Of a stretch of 64,000 nucleotides of DNA, positions 1 through 8,338 are shown piece by piece. Source of the stretch: Opitutaceae bacterium (lineage in GTDB: Bacteria; Verrucomicrobiota; Verrucomicrobiia; Opitutales; Opitutaceae); the NCBI GenBank assembly GCA_044356555.1, contig JBIKWB010000024.1:8504-72503 (forward strand), in the 5' to 3' direction. Below the pieces are notes generated by a model, which was not told the origin of the DNA, searched no databases, and saw only the letters and a program-made list of their open reading frames with translations. The translations under genes were made by a program, and so were the position numbers. The stretch's first letter is position 1, and each line of letters opens with the position of its first letter.

Positions 1-291
1 TCCGGCGTGATAGCCCACCTGTTGCCCGATGGCCCAGCCCTTCTCGGTCGGGTAATTGGTCAGCCAGCCCAGCATACCTTGAAACGCTTGGGGCCTCAGT
101 CCATTCCGATATGCCGCCAAGGCGCTCAACATCGGATCCGGCCGATAACCGAGCTTTCGAGCCATAGCCTTTACCCTCAACCGGGTCTCTTTTGGAATCG
201 AAGCATGCTCCCGCAACGCAAGCGATACGGTGGTGTGCGAAACACCGAGTCGCTTGGCCAAGATTTTTAGGGTGAGTCGGGGCTGCTGCAC
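1..291 (-). CDS. LacI-family transcriptional regulator, N-terminal HTH part (gene runs off the left edge)
   Basis: Minus-strand translation from GTG at 291 reads VQQPRLTLKILAKRLGVSHTTVSLALREHASIPKETRLRVKAMARKLGYRPDPMLSALAAY..., a LacI/PurR-type helix-turn-helix plus hinge. It is absent from the ORF track because the window edge truncates it. Confidence 0.6.
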   Translation of the reverse strand, partial: MQQPRLTLKILAKRLGVSHTTVSLALREHASIPKETRLRVKAMARKLGYRPDPMLSALAAYRNGLRPQAFQGMLGWLTNYPTEKGWAIGQQVGYHAG

Positions 292-320
292 TCGATTATT
301 TCGGATGAAGCAAGTCGCTT

Positions 321-350
321 GTTTAGCAATCGCAAAGCTTGCAGCTAAAC
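321..350. promoter_or_regulatory. Inverted repeat GTTTAGC-N16-GCTAAAC upstream of the LacI-family gene (candidate operator)
   Basis: Read directly: gtttagc at 321-327 and gctaaac at 344-350. The spacer contains the small palindrome gcaaagcttgc. The repeat lies 30-60 nt upstream of the minus-strand start at 291. Confidence 0.25.
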
Positions 351-545
351 GCGCATGAGTTTGGAGGGACCGAAAGAAAGTGACATGAGATGGCAGGAAT
401 GAGCCAAGGAGCTAAATGGCCGTCGTGATCACTACGCGTAATGCCCTCGGGAGCAGCACACCGGTTCCGGCGAACGAACCGAACCCATCGACCTGCACGA
501 ACGCAGCCTTTCCGCCGCCCGCTCCTATCACAACCCCGCCACCTT

Positions 546-787
546 CTAGAACCGCCGCGCCAGTTCCACCTCCAGCGCCGTCACCTTCCCGCCCGCATCG
601 TGCGTTTTCAGCCGCACCGCGACGGTCTAATGACATTCATCCACTCCGGATGATGGTTCAGTTCCTCGGCCTCGAATCCCGCGCGCACCATAAACGCCAG
701 CGCCGCGCGGAAATCCGCGAACTCAAAAGCCTTCGCCAGCCCATCGTGCTCCGACGCCCAGCCCGGAAGCCACGCCAGCTCCGCCAC
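546..787 (-). pseudogene. Pterin-4a-carbinolamine dehydratase (PhhB/DCoH-like) interrupted by a frameshift
   Basis: One minus-strand frame gives (V)AELAWLPGWASEHDGLAKAFEFADFRAALAFMVRAGFEAEELNHHPEWMNVI and then a premature TGA at 608-610. Supplying one missing base within 624-631 continues as TVAVRLKTHDAGGKVTALEVELARRF, ending at the stop at 546-548. The joined sequence has the F.F.DF / HHPEW.NV / THD.GG pattern of PCD proteins. The start is uncertain: GTG at 787, or ATG at 867 in a third frame. Confidence 0.5.
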
Positions 788-995
788 AATTGTCTTCGTC
801 GAAAGGATTTTCTCACGGCCCCACGCCCCTCCGGCCTCATGGACCCCATCTGCCCCCTTCGACCCAATTCTCCGCCTGCAAAAAAATCACCTCAAAGAAG
901 GACCTCGGCCAGCGCGCAGCGCCTAACCCAACCGAGTTGGAGCGGCGGCGCCCTCGTCGCCGTCAAAGGCCGGCACGCGACGCCCCCGCAGCCGT

Positions 996-2669
996 TCACG
1001 GTGGCGGCAAGCCGTGTTTTTTGGCCAAGCGCACTTGGTCTGCGGCGGGCAGAAAACAGGTCATTGAAAAGAAAAATTTAGGGTAGGCCTTCCAGTCGAA
1101 ACCGTGACTATCCTCTCGATAATATAGAAACCCCATGAGCCGCCAGTTCTGCCCGTCACCCAGTTCGAGCGCGATGTTTTCGTCCGTGACCGAGATGTAG
1201 GGATCACGGATCAGCTCCCGCAGTTCATCGTAGGAGCGCACCGCCGGCATCGCGCAGAGCAACGCCGCGACCAAGCCCAACCAACGTGGTCTTAACCGCG
1301 CCGAAACCGCCGCGAGCAGAAACACGAACGCCAGCCCGAAGATCGGCATCGCCTTCGACATCGTCGCGCGCTCGTCCCCACCGACTCGCACCAGCGCGAG
1401 AAAACACACCGCGACCATCAACGGCAGCCGCAGGTCGCGTTCGCTCTTCCAGTCGTGCCACGCCGCGCTCACGAACAAAATCACCATCACGGCAAGCGCC
1501 GCCAACCCCACCGGATTCTTCCACGGATTCTGATCCCATGGCACCATCGCCTGGTAAAACATCCACGCATACGGCGAGGGGCCGCCGAAAATTCCCAGCA
1601 GCTGGGCCAACACTTCGTCGTTCCAGACCAACCCCGTCGAACGGATGAATTCATCGCCCGAAAGCAGCCGAACCGCGACGCTCAACCACACCGCCAGCGC
1701 CAAGCTCACCGCCGTCAGCCGGCCCGGCCTCTCCCTGCCCAGCGCCCGGAAACCATGGCGCCACGCAAAAAATACGCCTCCCACCACCGCCAGCGCCCCC
1801 GCGAGTCCGAACCCGACGAGCATGAACTGCGGACTGTAAAGCCCCCCGCACAAAACCAGCATCAGCACAGTCAGCGCCAGCGCCTCGGTCCGCGCCGGCC
1901 CCGGTTCGGCCGCCATCACCGCCCCAAAGGTCAGGCCCAACAACAGTCCGACGATGCACCCCGCCGCGAAGCCCGCGATCCAGTTCAACACCGGCAACGG
2001 ATTAAACACCATGACCGCCGCCACCGTCACGGCTGCCGCCACCGCCGGCAGCCCGCTGCCAAATCCAAACGCCCCCGGCATCCGCCCGATTCCGATCGCC
2101 AGCGTCGCCATCAGCGCCACCGGCAACGCCAGATAAGCTTTAACCGCGTCGATTCCCGTGCTCGCGCCGAAACACGCCATCGCCTCAAACACCAGCGGCC
2201 GCTCCCGCGTCGCCAGCACATACCACGTCCAATTGTAGCGCATCGGGGTCGTCACCAGATCGGGCAACTGCCGCGTCGAATGGCCGTAGAGCCAGTCCGC
2301 CACCTGCACGTAGCCCCAAAGATCGGTCCCGTGGGCGCCGAACACGTAGGCCCCGTCGTAGGCGTAGCAGCGGTGCAACAGCACCATCGCCACCGCGCCC
2401 GTCACCACGAGCGTGGTCGCCGCCTCGTTCCACTGCCGACCCCGCACCACTGACCACAGCCCCGCCGCATAGAAAATCCAAAACAAGGGCCGCACCGCAT
2501 TCGCCGACAGTCCCGCGATCCACGGCACACTGCACAGCACCAGAAACAGCGCCCAGCCCGCGAGCAATGCCACCAGCGGCTGCTTGGACGTCACGAGCCG
2601 CGTCCCGATGCTCCATGCACTGAGACACACCACAAATACCGCCGCCCAGATCGGTAAAACCGTGCTCAT
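996..2669 (-). CDS. Large polytopic integral membrane protein (about 14 hydrophobic segments), function unknown, possibly GT-C-like
   Basis: 557-aa ORF with repeated hydrophobic helices and a C-rich third codon position typical of this window. No catalytic motif recognised. Confidence 0.6.
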   Translation of the reverse strand: MSTVLPIWAAVFVVCLSAWSIGTRLVTSKQPLVALLAGWALFLVLCSVPWIAGLSANAVRPLFWIFYAAGLWSVVRGRQWNEAATTLVVTGAVAMVLLHRCYAYDGAYVFGAHGTDLWGYVQVADWLYGHSTRQLPDLVTTPMRYNWTWYVLATRERPLVFEAMACFGASTGIDAVKAYLALPVALMATLAIGIGRMPGAFGFGSGLPAVAAAVTVAAVMVFNPLPVLNWIAGFAAGCIVGLLLGLTFGAVMAAEPGPARTEALALTVLMLVLCGGLYSPQFMLVGFGLAGALAVVGGVFFAWRHGFRALGRERPGRLTAVSLALAVWLSVAVRLLSGDEFIRSTGLVWNDEVLAQLLGIFGGPSPYAWMFYQAMVPWDQNPWKNPVGLAALAVMVILFVSAAWHDWKSERDLRLPLMVAVCFLALVRVGGDERATMSKAMPIFGLAFVFLLAAVSARLRPRWLGLVAALLCAMPAVRSYDELRELIRDPYISVTDENIALELGDGQNWRLMGFLYYREDSHGFDWKAYPKFFFSMTCFLPAADQVRLAKKHGLPPP

Positions 2670-2726
2670 CGCCGATCACCTTTTCGCCAAAACGATCTGG
2701 CTCAAGTCATTTGCCGGCAAATTCCT

Positions 2727-4193
2727 ATGCGCGTTCAGGGCCGGCTTGCACCATCGACGCGAACCGTGCTCGGCTCTCGATTCGCAGCCGTGACCGACTC
2801 TCCCTCCCCCGCTTCCCTCTCCGCCCTCGCCCCGACGCCGTTCACCGTCGCACCGCGCTGGGAGATTTGGGCCGTCCGCCTCCTGCTCGCGGTTTACCTC
2901 GTGGTTCAATTCGCCTTCGTGCGGCGCGAGGGCTACGTCGGCCAGGACTTCGGCACCCACACCGGCATCATGGAAGAGATCCGCGCCAGCAACGGGGCCA
3001 AATGGTTCTCGATGGATGGGACCAACCGGCCCGGCATCTACTGGCTGGCCAGCCTCTGCAAGACTTACACCAACGACAAATACACCTACGAACTCCACTC
3101 GCAGATCTGGATCGTGCTCGGCGCCCTCGCGCTGCTTTTGTTCCACCGGGCGCTGCTCACCACCGTCCGCGCGCCCGAGCTCCGGGTCGCCGCGATGGCC
3201 ATCATCGCCCTACTGCCGGCGCACTTGATCGCCGGCGTGGTCTATGCGGGCGACATCGCCGTCATGCTCCCATTTACCGTCGCCGCGTGGGCGTTGACCC
3301 GGAGCTTGTCCACCACCGAGCGCGGAACCGCCCTGCGCTACGCCGCCTACGCCGGACTCAGTTTGTCGGTCGGAAATTTTCTCAAGGTCAGCTTCCTGAT
3401 GCTTCCGGTCGCCGCACTGGTGGCGATCGTCCTCGTCTGGCGCTGGGACCGCATCCGCGCCGCCCAAGCCGGTCTTACGACCTTGCTGGCGGTGGTCGTG
3501 CCGTTGCTGGTCGGCGGCGCCCTCCATCAACGCAACCAACGCGAACTCGCCCAAGCCGAAGAGCGCCACGCGTTCTGGTGGGATGGCAACGGTGAGATGA
3601 GTTGGCGCAGTCTGCTTTGGTTCCGTCCCGCCGACCGCGCCGTGCTCAATGCGCCGATTTATTGGGACCAAAACCCCGAAAACCAACTCGTACTCGTTCA
3701 GCCCGGCGTCCACAGCTACCCGGCGCTGCTGCATCTCGGCGTGTTCACCGATGTGCTGAACTACGCACCGAAAGGCGGCTATCCTGCGGCGACCCCGCGC
3801 CCCGAGCCGCAACGCTCCTACGCGATCCTCTCCGTGCGTGGCGGGATGATCTGGAGCGTCCTCGCGGTGGTCTCGGCATTTTCGCTCGCCGCGCTCTTGC
3901 TCGCGGCCCTCATCCGGCCTTCGCTCGCACCCACCACCGGTCTCGCCGTCTTCGCTCTGCATGGCGCGGTATGGTTCCTGCCGATCATGCTGATTCTGCC
4001 CTATCTGCGCAGCGCCTACACGTGGGGCTACTGGCTCTCGCGTCTCGTGGTGCCGGGTCTTTGGGCCGCGGGCTTTGCCAGCGCTTGGTTGCTTGACCGC
4101 GTCTTGCCGGCCCGCACCCGTTGGTGGTTCCGGGGTGTGCTCGCCGTCGCCTTGCTCCAAGCCTATTGGCAATTTCGCAGCCTCTGGTTCTAG
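2727..4193 (+). CDS. Polytopic membrane protein, putative ArnT/PMT-like (GT-C fold) glycosyltransferase
   Basis: 488-aa ORF with many TM helices and an acidic first loop (REGYVGQDFGTHTG) after TM1, as in GT-C enzymes. It is divergent from 996..2669. The start is uncertain, with in-frame GTGs at 2766 and 2790. Confidence 0.5.
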   Translation: MRVQGRLAPSTRTVLGSRFAAVTDSPSPASLSALAPTPFTVAPRWEIWAVRLLLAVYLVVQFAFVRREGYVGQDFGTHTGIMEEIRASNGAKWFSMDGTNRPGIYWLASLCKTYTNDKYTYELHSQIWIVLGALALLLFHRALLTTVRAPELRVAAMAIIALLPAHLIAGVVYAGDIAVMLPFTVAAWALTRSLSTTERGTALRYAAYAGLSLSVGNFLKVSFLMLPVAALVAIVLVWRWDRIRAAQAGLTTLLAVVVPLLVGGALHQRNQRELAQAEERHAFWWDGNGEMSWRSLLWFRPADRAVLNAPIYWDQNPENQLVLVQPGVHSYPALLHLGVFTDVLNYAPKGGYPAATPRPEPQRSYAILSVRGGMIWSVLAVVSAFSLAALLLAALIRPSLAPTTGLAVFALHGAVWFLPIMLILPYLRSAYTWGYWLSRLVVPGLWAAGFASAWLLDRVLPARTRWWFRGVLAVALLQAYWQFRSLWF

Positions 4194-4282
4194 CGGCCGA
4201 GTCTGCGCCGAATTCCGCTTGCCGCCAACCGCCGGCACTGCCCGGCTTTCTTCTTTCCCTCCCGCTCAACTACCGCCCCACC

Positions 4283-4801
4283 ATGTCCCGCAATCCCTAC
4301 GCCGACGATATCATCATCTCCTGGGTAGAGCTTCACCGCGATGCCCGCTATCTCTCCGAAATGCTCCACGGTATCGGCTCGTGGAAAGGCATCATCGCGA
4401 TCACCCGAGGCGGCCTCGTTCCCGCCGCTCTCGTGGCCCGCGAGCTCGAGATTCGCCTCATCGACACCATCTGCGTCACCAGCTACGGGACCAGCGAGGG
4501 CAACACCGCCGCTCAGGTCCAAGGGAGCATCAACGTCCTCAAAGGCGTGCCCGGCGACGGCGAGGGCTACTTGCTCATCGACGACCTCGTCGATACCGGC
4601 AAGACCGCCAAAGTCGTCCGCCAACTTTTGCCCAAAGCCTACTTCGCCACCCTCTACGCCAAACCTTCCGGTCGACCCATCGTCGATACCTGCGTGAAGG
4701 AATTTAAGCAAAACAAGTGGATCCATTTCCCGTGGGACATCGAATACAAGTTCGCCACCCCCATCAAACACGGCGGTCGCGCCACGGGCGCCGATCACTG
4801 A
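4283..4801 (+). CDS. gpt: Xanthine-guanine phosphoribosyltransferase
   Basis: From ATG at 4283: MSRNPYADDIIISWVELHRDARYLSE...WKGIIAITRGGLVPAALVARELEIR...GEGYLLIDDLVDTGKTAKVVR...YFATLYAKPSGRPIVD. This is collinear with E. coli Gpt, including the PRPP loop DDLVDTG. Confidence 0.9.
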   Translation: MSRNPYADDIIISWVELHRDARYLSEMLHGIGSWKGIIAITRGGLVPAALVARELEIRLIDTICVTSYGTSEGNTAAQVQGSINVLKGVPGDGEGYLLIDDLVDTGKTAKVVRQLLPKAYFATLYAKPSGRPIVDTCVKEFKQNKWIHFPWDIEYKFATPIKHGGRATGADH

Positions 4802-4825
4802 GTTTTCGCCAATCCCGGCTGATAA

Positions 4826-4852
4826 AGCCCGATGACCTCATCGGGCTTTTTT
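4826..4852 (+). terminator. Rho-independent terminator after gpt
   Basis: Stem agcccgatga (4826-4835), loop cc, stem tcatcgggct (4838-4847), followed by a T-run to 4852. It lies between convergent genes. Confidence 0.7.
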
Positions 4853-4874
4853 GCGCCCGCTCCCGGCGCCAAAG

Positions 4875-5987
4875 TCACCCGCTCACGTAAGGCTCAACGG
4901 GCCTGAAACCCTGCAGCGCGCACGCCGCGTCGCGGTCCGCCTGAGCGTTGAACAAATAAACCGCGTAGCCGCCAAAGCCGCCGCCGCAGTATTTCCAAGC
5001 CACCGGCCGGCACGCCGCCAGCTCCGCATTCCCCGCTGCCGCGGGGTCGCCCGCCAGCGGGTCCATGGCCTCGGCGCGTTGCACCGCATACGACTGCCGC
5101 ACCGCGTCGGCCAGCCCGCCAAAATCGTTGGCCCAGACCGCATCGCGCGCGGTCCGGCCCGCGCGCTCGATCGCGCCGTAGTCGCGGGTCTGGTTCACCA
5201 CGCCCGGCGTGCTGTGCTGCGTCCCCGTCCAGTAGAGCGCCAGCCGCCCACGCAGGAGCGAACCGTCGGTTTTCACTTCCAAGTCCGGGCGCGGTCCGCT
5301 CCGCCACACGCACAAACCCGTCTCGCTGATCACCGCCGGATCTTGCCAACCCACCCCAAGATCAAGTTCGGAGCCCACGCCGTCCTTGCCGTTGATCAAC
5401 GCCCAGGCGCCGCTCCCACCGAGCCCGGCGTTTTGAAAATACGGCCACTCGCGCAACGACACCGTGGGCGAAATCGCCGCGTTCACGATAAACCCGCCCG
5501 CCCGCGCGAATCGCGGCACATCGAGCCATCCCCCGGCGAAATCCACCCGCAGCGGCGCCACCTGCGGCGCCCGGATCCAGCGCACGATCTCGGTCGTCGA
5601 AATGGGCGGAAACTCCGGCGGGGTTTTCGCCATCACCACATACTTCGCGCCTACTTCCGCGCATAACGCCCGCTTCAAGTCCGCCCATTTGTCATCCTCC
5701 GTGACGGCCAAAATGTCCGGCCGCAGCCGCAGAAAATGCTCCCTGAAATCAATGCCCTCATCGAGCCCCTGCCCCACCACCACTTCGTCCACCATCTTCA
5801 AACTCGCGATCAGCGCCCGCTTGTGTTCGTCCGGCAACGAGCTCTTCCGCTGCTTGTGAAACCACAACACCTCGGCGGAAGCGAAGCACACGGTCAGGTG
5901 GTCGCCCAGCGCCCTCGCCTCGCGGAAAAACTGCACATGCCCAGCATGGACGATATCGTAGCAACCGGAGACAAAGACGCGTAGCAT
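4875..5987 (-). CDS. Bifunctional protein: cytidylyltransferase-like (HldC/TagD-type) nucleotidyltransferase fused to a GHMP-family sugar kinase
   Basis: From ATG at 5987: MLRVFVSGCYDIVHAGHVQFFREARALGDHL...MVDEVVV...ISTTEIVRWI (HxGH and ISTT motifs). This is followed by APLRVDFAGGWLDVPRFARAGGFIVNAAIS, NAGLGGSGAWA and KYCGGGFGGYAVYLF (GHMP motifs I-III). The 65-aa extension in the ORF track is Arg-rich and looks non-coding. Confidence 0.8.
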   Translation of the reverse strand: MLRVFVSGCYDIVHAGHVQFFREARALGDHLTVCFASAEVLWFHKQRKSSLPDEHKRALIASLKMVDEVVVGQGLDEGIDFREHFLRLRPDILAVTEDDKWADLKRALCAEVGAKYVVMAKTPPEFPPISTTEIVRWIRAPQVAPLRVDFAGGWLDVPRFARAGGFIVNAAISPTVSLREWPYFQNAGLGGSGAWALINGKDGVGSELDLGVGWQDPAVISETGLCVWRSGPRPDLEVKTDGSLLRGRLALYWTGTQHSTPGVVNQTRDYGAIERAGRTARDAVWANDFGGLADAVRQSYAVQRAEAMDPLAGDPAAAGNAELAACRPVAWKYCGGGFGGYAVYLFNAQADRDAACALQGFRPVEPYVSG

Positions 5988-6100
5988 AGAATCCGCGTTA
6001 TGCTGGCCCCGCCCCCGGAGGCGCAATTTTATTTGCGACCCGTGCCGCGTCCGCCGTCTCTCCCTGTTAACCGTTCGAATTTTTCCGCGCACTTCCCCAA

Positions 6101-7342
6101 ATGACCTTCGCCGACTGGCAAGCCCTCGATCCCACTCCCGCCGCCCGCGAGTTCCTTCGCCGCGCCACCACCGTGCTATCACCCGCGCAACAACGCGCCG
6201 TCTTTGCCCACCTGCCCACCGAGGCCGAGCTCATCACGCACTTCGCCACGGCCCCCGCCGGCGCTTCGCTGGCCGGCGTGCCTTACCTCGCCAAAGATCT
6301 CTTCGACGTCGCCGGCTTCTCCACGTTTGCCGGTTCCACGTTTCTCCCCGAAGTACGCCCCGAGCCCACCGTCGACTCGACGCTTATCACCGCCGTCAAC
6401 GCCGCCGGTGCCGTCCTCGCCGGGAAAACCCACCTCCACGAATTCGCCTACGGCATCACGGGTGAGAACCCGCACTACGGAGACTGCGAACACCCTCGCC
6501 ACCCCGGTCGCACCACCGGCGGTTCCAGCAGCGGTTCCGCGGCCGCCGTGGCCGCCGGCATCGTGCCCTTCGCTCTCGCCACCGACACCGGCGGCTCCGT
6601 CCGCGTCCCCGCCGCCTTCTGTGGTCTTTTCGGCTACCGCGGACGGCCCCGCGATGCGTGGATCGCCGACGCCTTTCCTCTTTCGCCCACCTTCGACACC
6701 GCCGGCTGGTTCACCGGCACCGCCGCCGATATGCGCACCGCCCTCGCCGCGCTGGTCGGCCTCGGCCGCAGCGAACGCACCCCGCGCGGTTGCTATCTTG
6801 AAATTCCCGGCCTCTCGCCCGAGGTCGCCGCCGCCTGCCGCGCGGCCGCGACCAAACTCGCCCCGCCCGCCGATCACGCGACCCGCACCGAACTGCTCCG
6901 CCGCTTCGCCGGCGCCCTCGACGCCTACAACATCATTGTCGCTCTTGAGTCATCCGCGATCCACGCCCCGTGGTCCGCCGAGTATAAAGACCGCTACGAT
7001 CCCGCGGTCTGGGCCCGCCTCAATCGAGTCCACGAGTTCACGCCCGCCCAAGTCGCCTCGGCTGACGCCACGCTCGCCGCCGTCCGGCTCGTCTGGACGA
7101 GCTATTTCCTCACCTTCGACTTCTTGATTCTGCCCGCCGTGCACCGCCCCGCGCTCACGAAAGCCGACTGCACGCCCCCCCAACGCAGCCGTCTGCTCTC
7201 GCTCACTGCGCCGGCCTCCCTCGGCGGCCTCCCCGTGCTCACCGTGCCCGTAGCCCTCGCCGACGGCCTCACCGCCGGCCTCCAGATCGTGGTCAACAAC
7301 CCCCAAAGCCCCGTCCTGCCCTGGGCCCTCGCACAGTTCTAA
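6101..7342 (+). CDS. Amidase-signature family amidohydrolase
   Basis: LAGVPYLAKDLFDVAGFSTFAGS...GRTTGGSSSGSAAAVAAGIVPFALATDTGGSVRVPAAFCGLFGYRG, which is the GGSS(S/G)GS amidase signature with the Ser-cisSer-Lys context. Confidence 0.85.
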   Translation: MTFADWQALDPTPAAREFLRRATTVLSPAQQRAVFAHLPTEAELITHFATAPAGASLAGVPYLAKDLFDVAGFSTFAGSTFLPEVRPEPTVDSTLITAVNAAGAVLAGKTHLHEFAYGITGENPHYGDCEHPRHPGRTTGGSSSGSAAAVAAGIVPFALATDTGGSVRVPAAFCGLFGYRGRPRDAWIADAFPLSPTFDTAGWFTGTAADMRTALAALVGLGRSERTPRGCYLEIPGLSPEVAAACRAAATKLAPPADHATRTELLRRFAGALDAYNIIVALESSAIHAPWSAEYKDRYDPAVWARLNRVHEFTPAQVASADATLAAVRLVWTSYFLTFDFLILPAVHRPALTKADCTPPQRSRLLSLTAPASLGGLPVLTVPVALADGLTAGLQIVVNNPQSPVLPWALAQF

Positions 7343-7397
7343 ACCGCCCCGCCACCGTCACCGCGTTAGCAGATCAAACCGCTCCGCTAGAAAATAA

Positions 7398-7415
7398 TGT
7401 CACATAATGGTGACA
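7398..7415. promoter_or_regulatory. Perfect inverted repeat TGTCAC-N6-GTGACA in an AT-rich island upstream of the ABC operon (candidate operator/promoter)
   Basis: tgtcac at 7398-7403, spacer ataatg, gtgaca at 7410-7415. It is embedded in aaaataatgtcacataatggtgacactttt, about 100 nt upstream of the start at 7513. Confidence 0.3.
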
Positions 7416-7512
7416 CTTTTTCCGGGCGTTTTCCCATCCGTTTGCGGCCCCGCTCCGATTCGTTTTTCACCTCGCGCTGGCTTTCCCGATTTCTTCGTGT
7501 CTCGTAAAGTCT

Positions 7513-8325
7513 GTGTCCTCCACCGCCAGCTCATCCGCCAAAAACGTCCCGCCTGCCGTTGAATTCCGCGCAGTCGAAAAACGCTATGGCAGCGGCCCGG
7601 TCATCCTCGACGCCTTCAGTCTCACTGCCGCACCGGGCGATTTTATCGCCCTGATCGGCCCCAGCGGTTGCGGCAAATCGACCCTGCTCAAACTCATCGC
7701 CGGCCTCAGCCCCGTCACGGCCGGCGCCCTGCTCCTCGGCGGCCGCACCGCCACACCCGAACGCGCCCCGACCGGCGACGAACTCGCTTACGTCTTTCAA
7801 GAACCCACTCTGCTGCCGTGGCTCACCGTCGCCGCCAACGTCGCCCTTCCGCTCGAGCTCCGCGCCACGCCGCCCGATCGCCGCGCCGAACTCGTGCGCA
7901 CCGCTCTCACCCTCGTCGGCCTCGAACCGCGCGCCGCCTATTATCCGCGCCAACTTTCCGGCGGGCAAAAAATGCGCGTCTCCATCGCCCGAGCCCTCGT
8001 GCTTTCTCCGCAGCTTCTCTTGCTCGACGAGCCGTTCGGCGCCCTCGACGAAATGACCCGGGACCGCCTCAACGAGGAACTTCTCGCCATCCGCGAGCGC
8101 CAGAGCTGGACCGCTTTTTTTGTGACCCATTCGGTCGCCGAGGCCGTGTTTCTGTCGAACCGCATCGTCGTGATGTCCGCCAACCCGGGCCGGCTTCACC
8201 GCGAGATCCGCGTCGATTTGCCCTATCCGCGCACGCCCGCCACGCGCCGCGATCCCGCCTACCACGCGCTGGTGGACGAGGCTTCTCAACTCCTCCGCTC
8301 GGTCGAGGACACCGTCGCCACCTGA
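7513..8325 (+). CDS. ABC transporter ATP-binding protein, NitT/TauT (nitrate/sulfonate/bicarbonate) family
   Basis: Walker A GPSGCGKST, Q-loop, signature LSGGQKMRVSIARAL, Walker B LLLLDEPFGALD, H-loop TH. GTG start. Confidence 0.9.
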   Translation: MSSTASSSAKNVPPAVEFRAVEKRYGSGPVILDAFSLTAAPGDFIALIGPSGCGKSTLLKLIAGLSPVTAGALLLGGRTATPERAPTGDELAYVFQEPTLLPWLTVAANVALPLELRATPPDRRAELVRTALTLVGLEPRAAYYPRQLSGGQKMRVSIARALVLSPQLLLLDEPFGALDEMTRDRLNEELLAIRERQSWTAFFVTHSVAEAVFLSNRIVVMSANPGRLHREIRVDLPYPRTPATRRDPAYHALVDEASQLLRSVEDTVAT

Positions 8326-8338
8326 GCTCCCACCGCCG

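Noticed and set aside
412-636. 74-aa minus-strand ORF whose tail (KAAFVQVDGFGSFAGTGVLLPRALRVVITTAI) faintly recalls 4-oxalocrotonate tautomerase-like sequences
   Set aside because: It is too short and too gappy relative to the tautomerase fold. Its 5' part is the off-frame C-terminal region of the dehydratase pseudogene, so I treat it as noise.
4194-4282. Looked for a purine riboswitch upstream of gpt
   Set aside because: The leader is only ~90 nt and lacks the conserved three-way junction sequences.
7343-7512. Looked for a TPP (THI-box) riboswitch upstream of the NMT1/ThiY-like ABC operon
   Set aside because: No CUGAGA / ACCUGAUCUGGAUAAUGCCAGCG-like core is visible. Only the short palindrome reported above is present.
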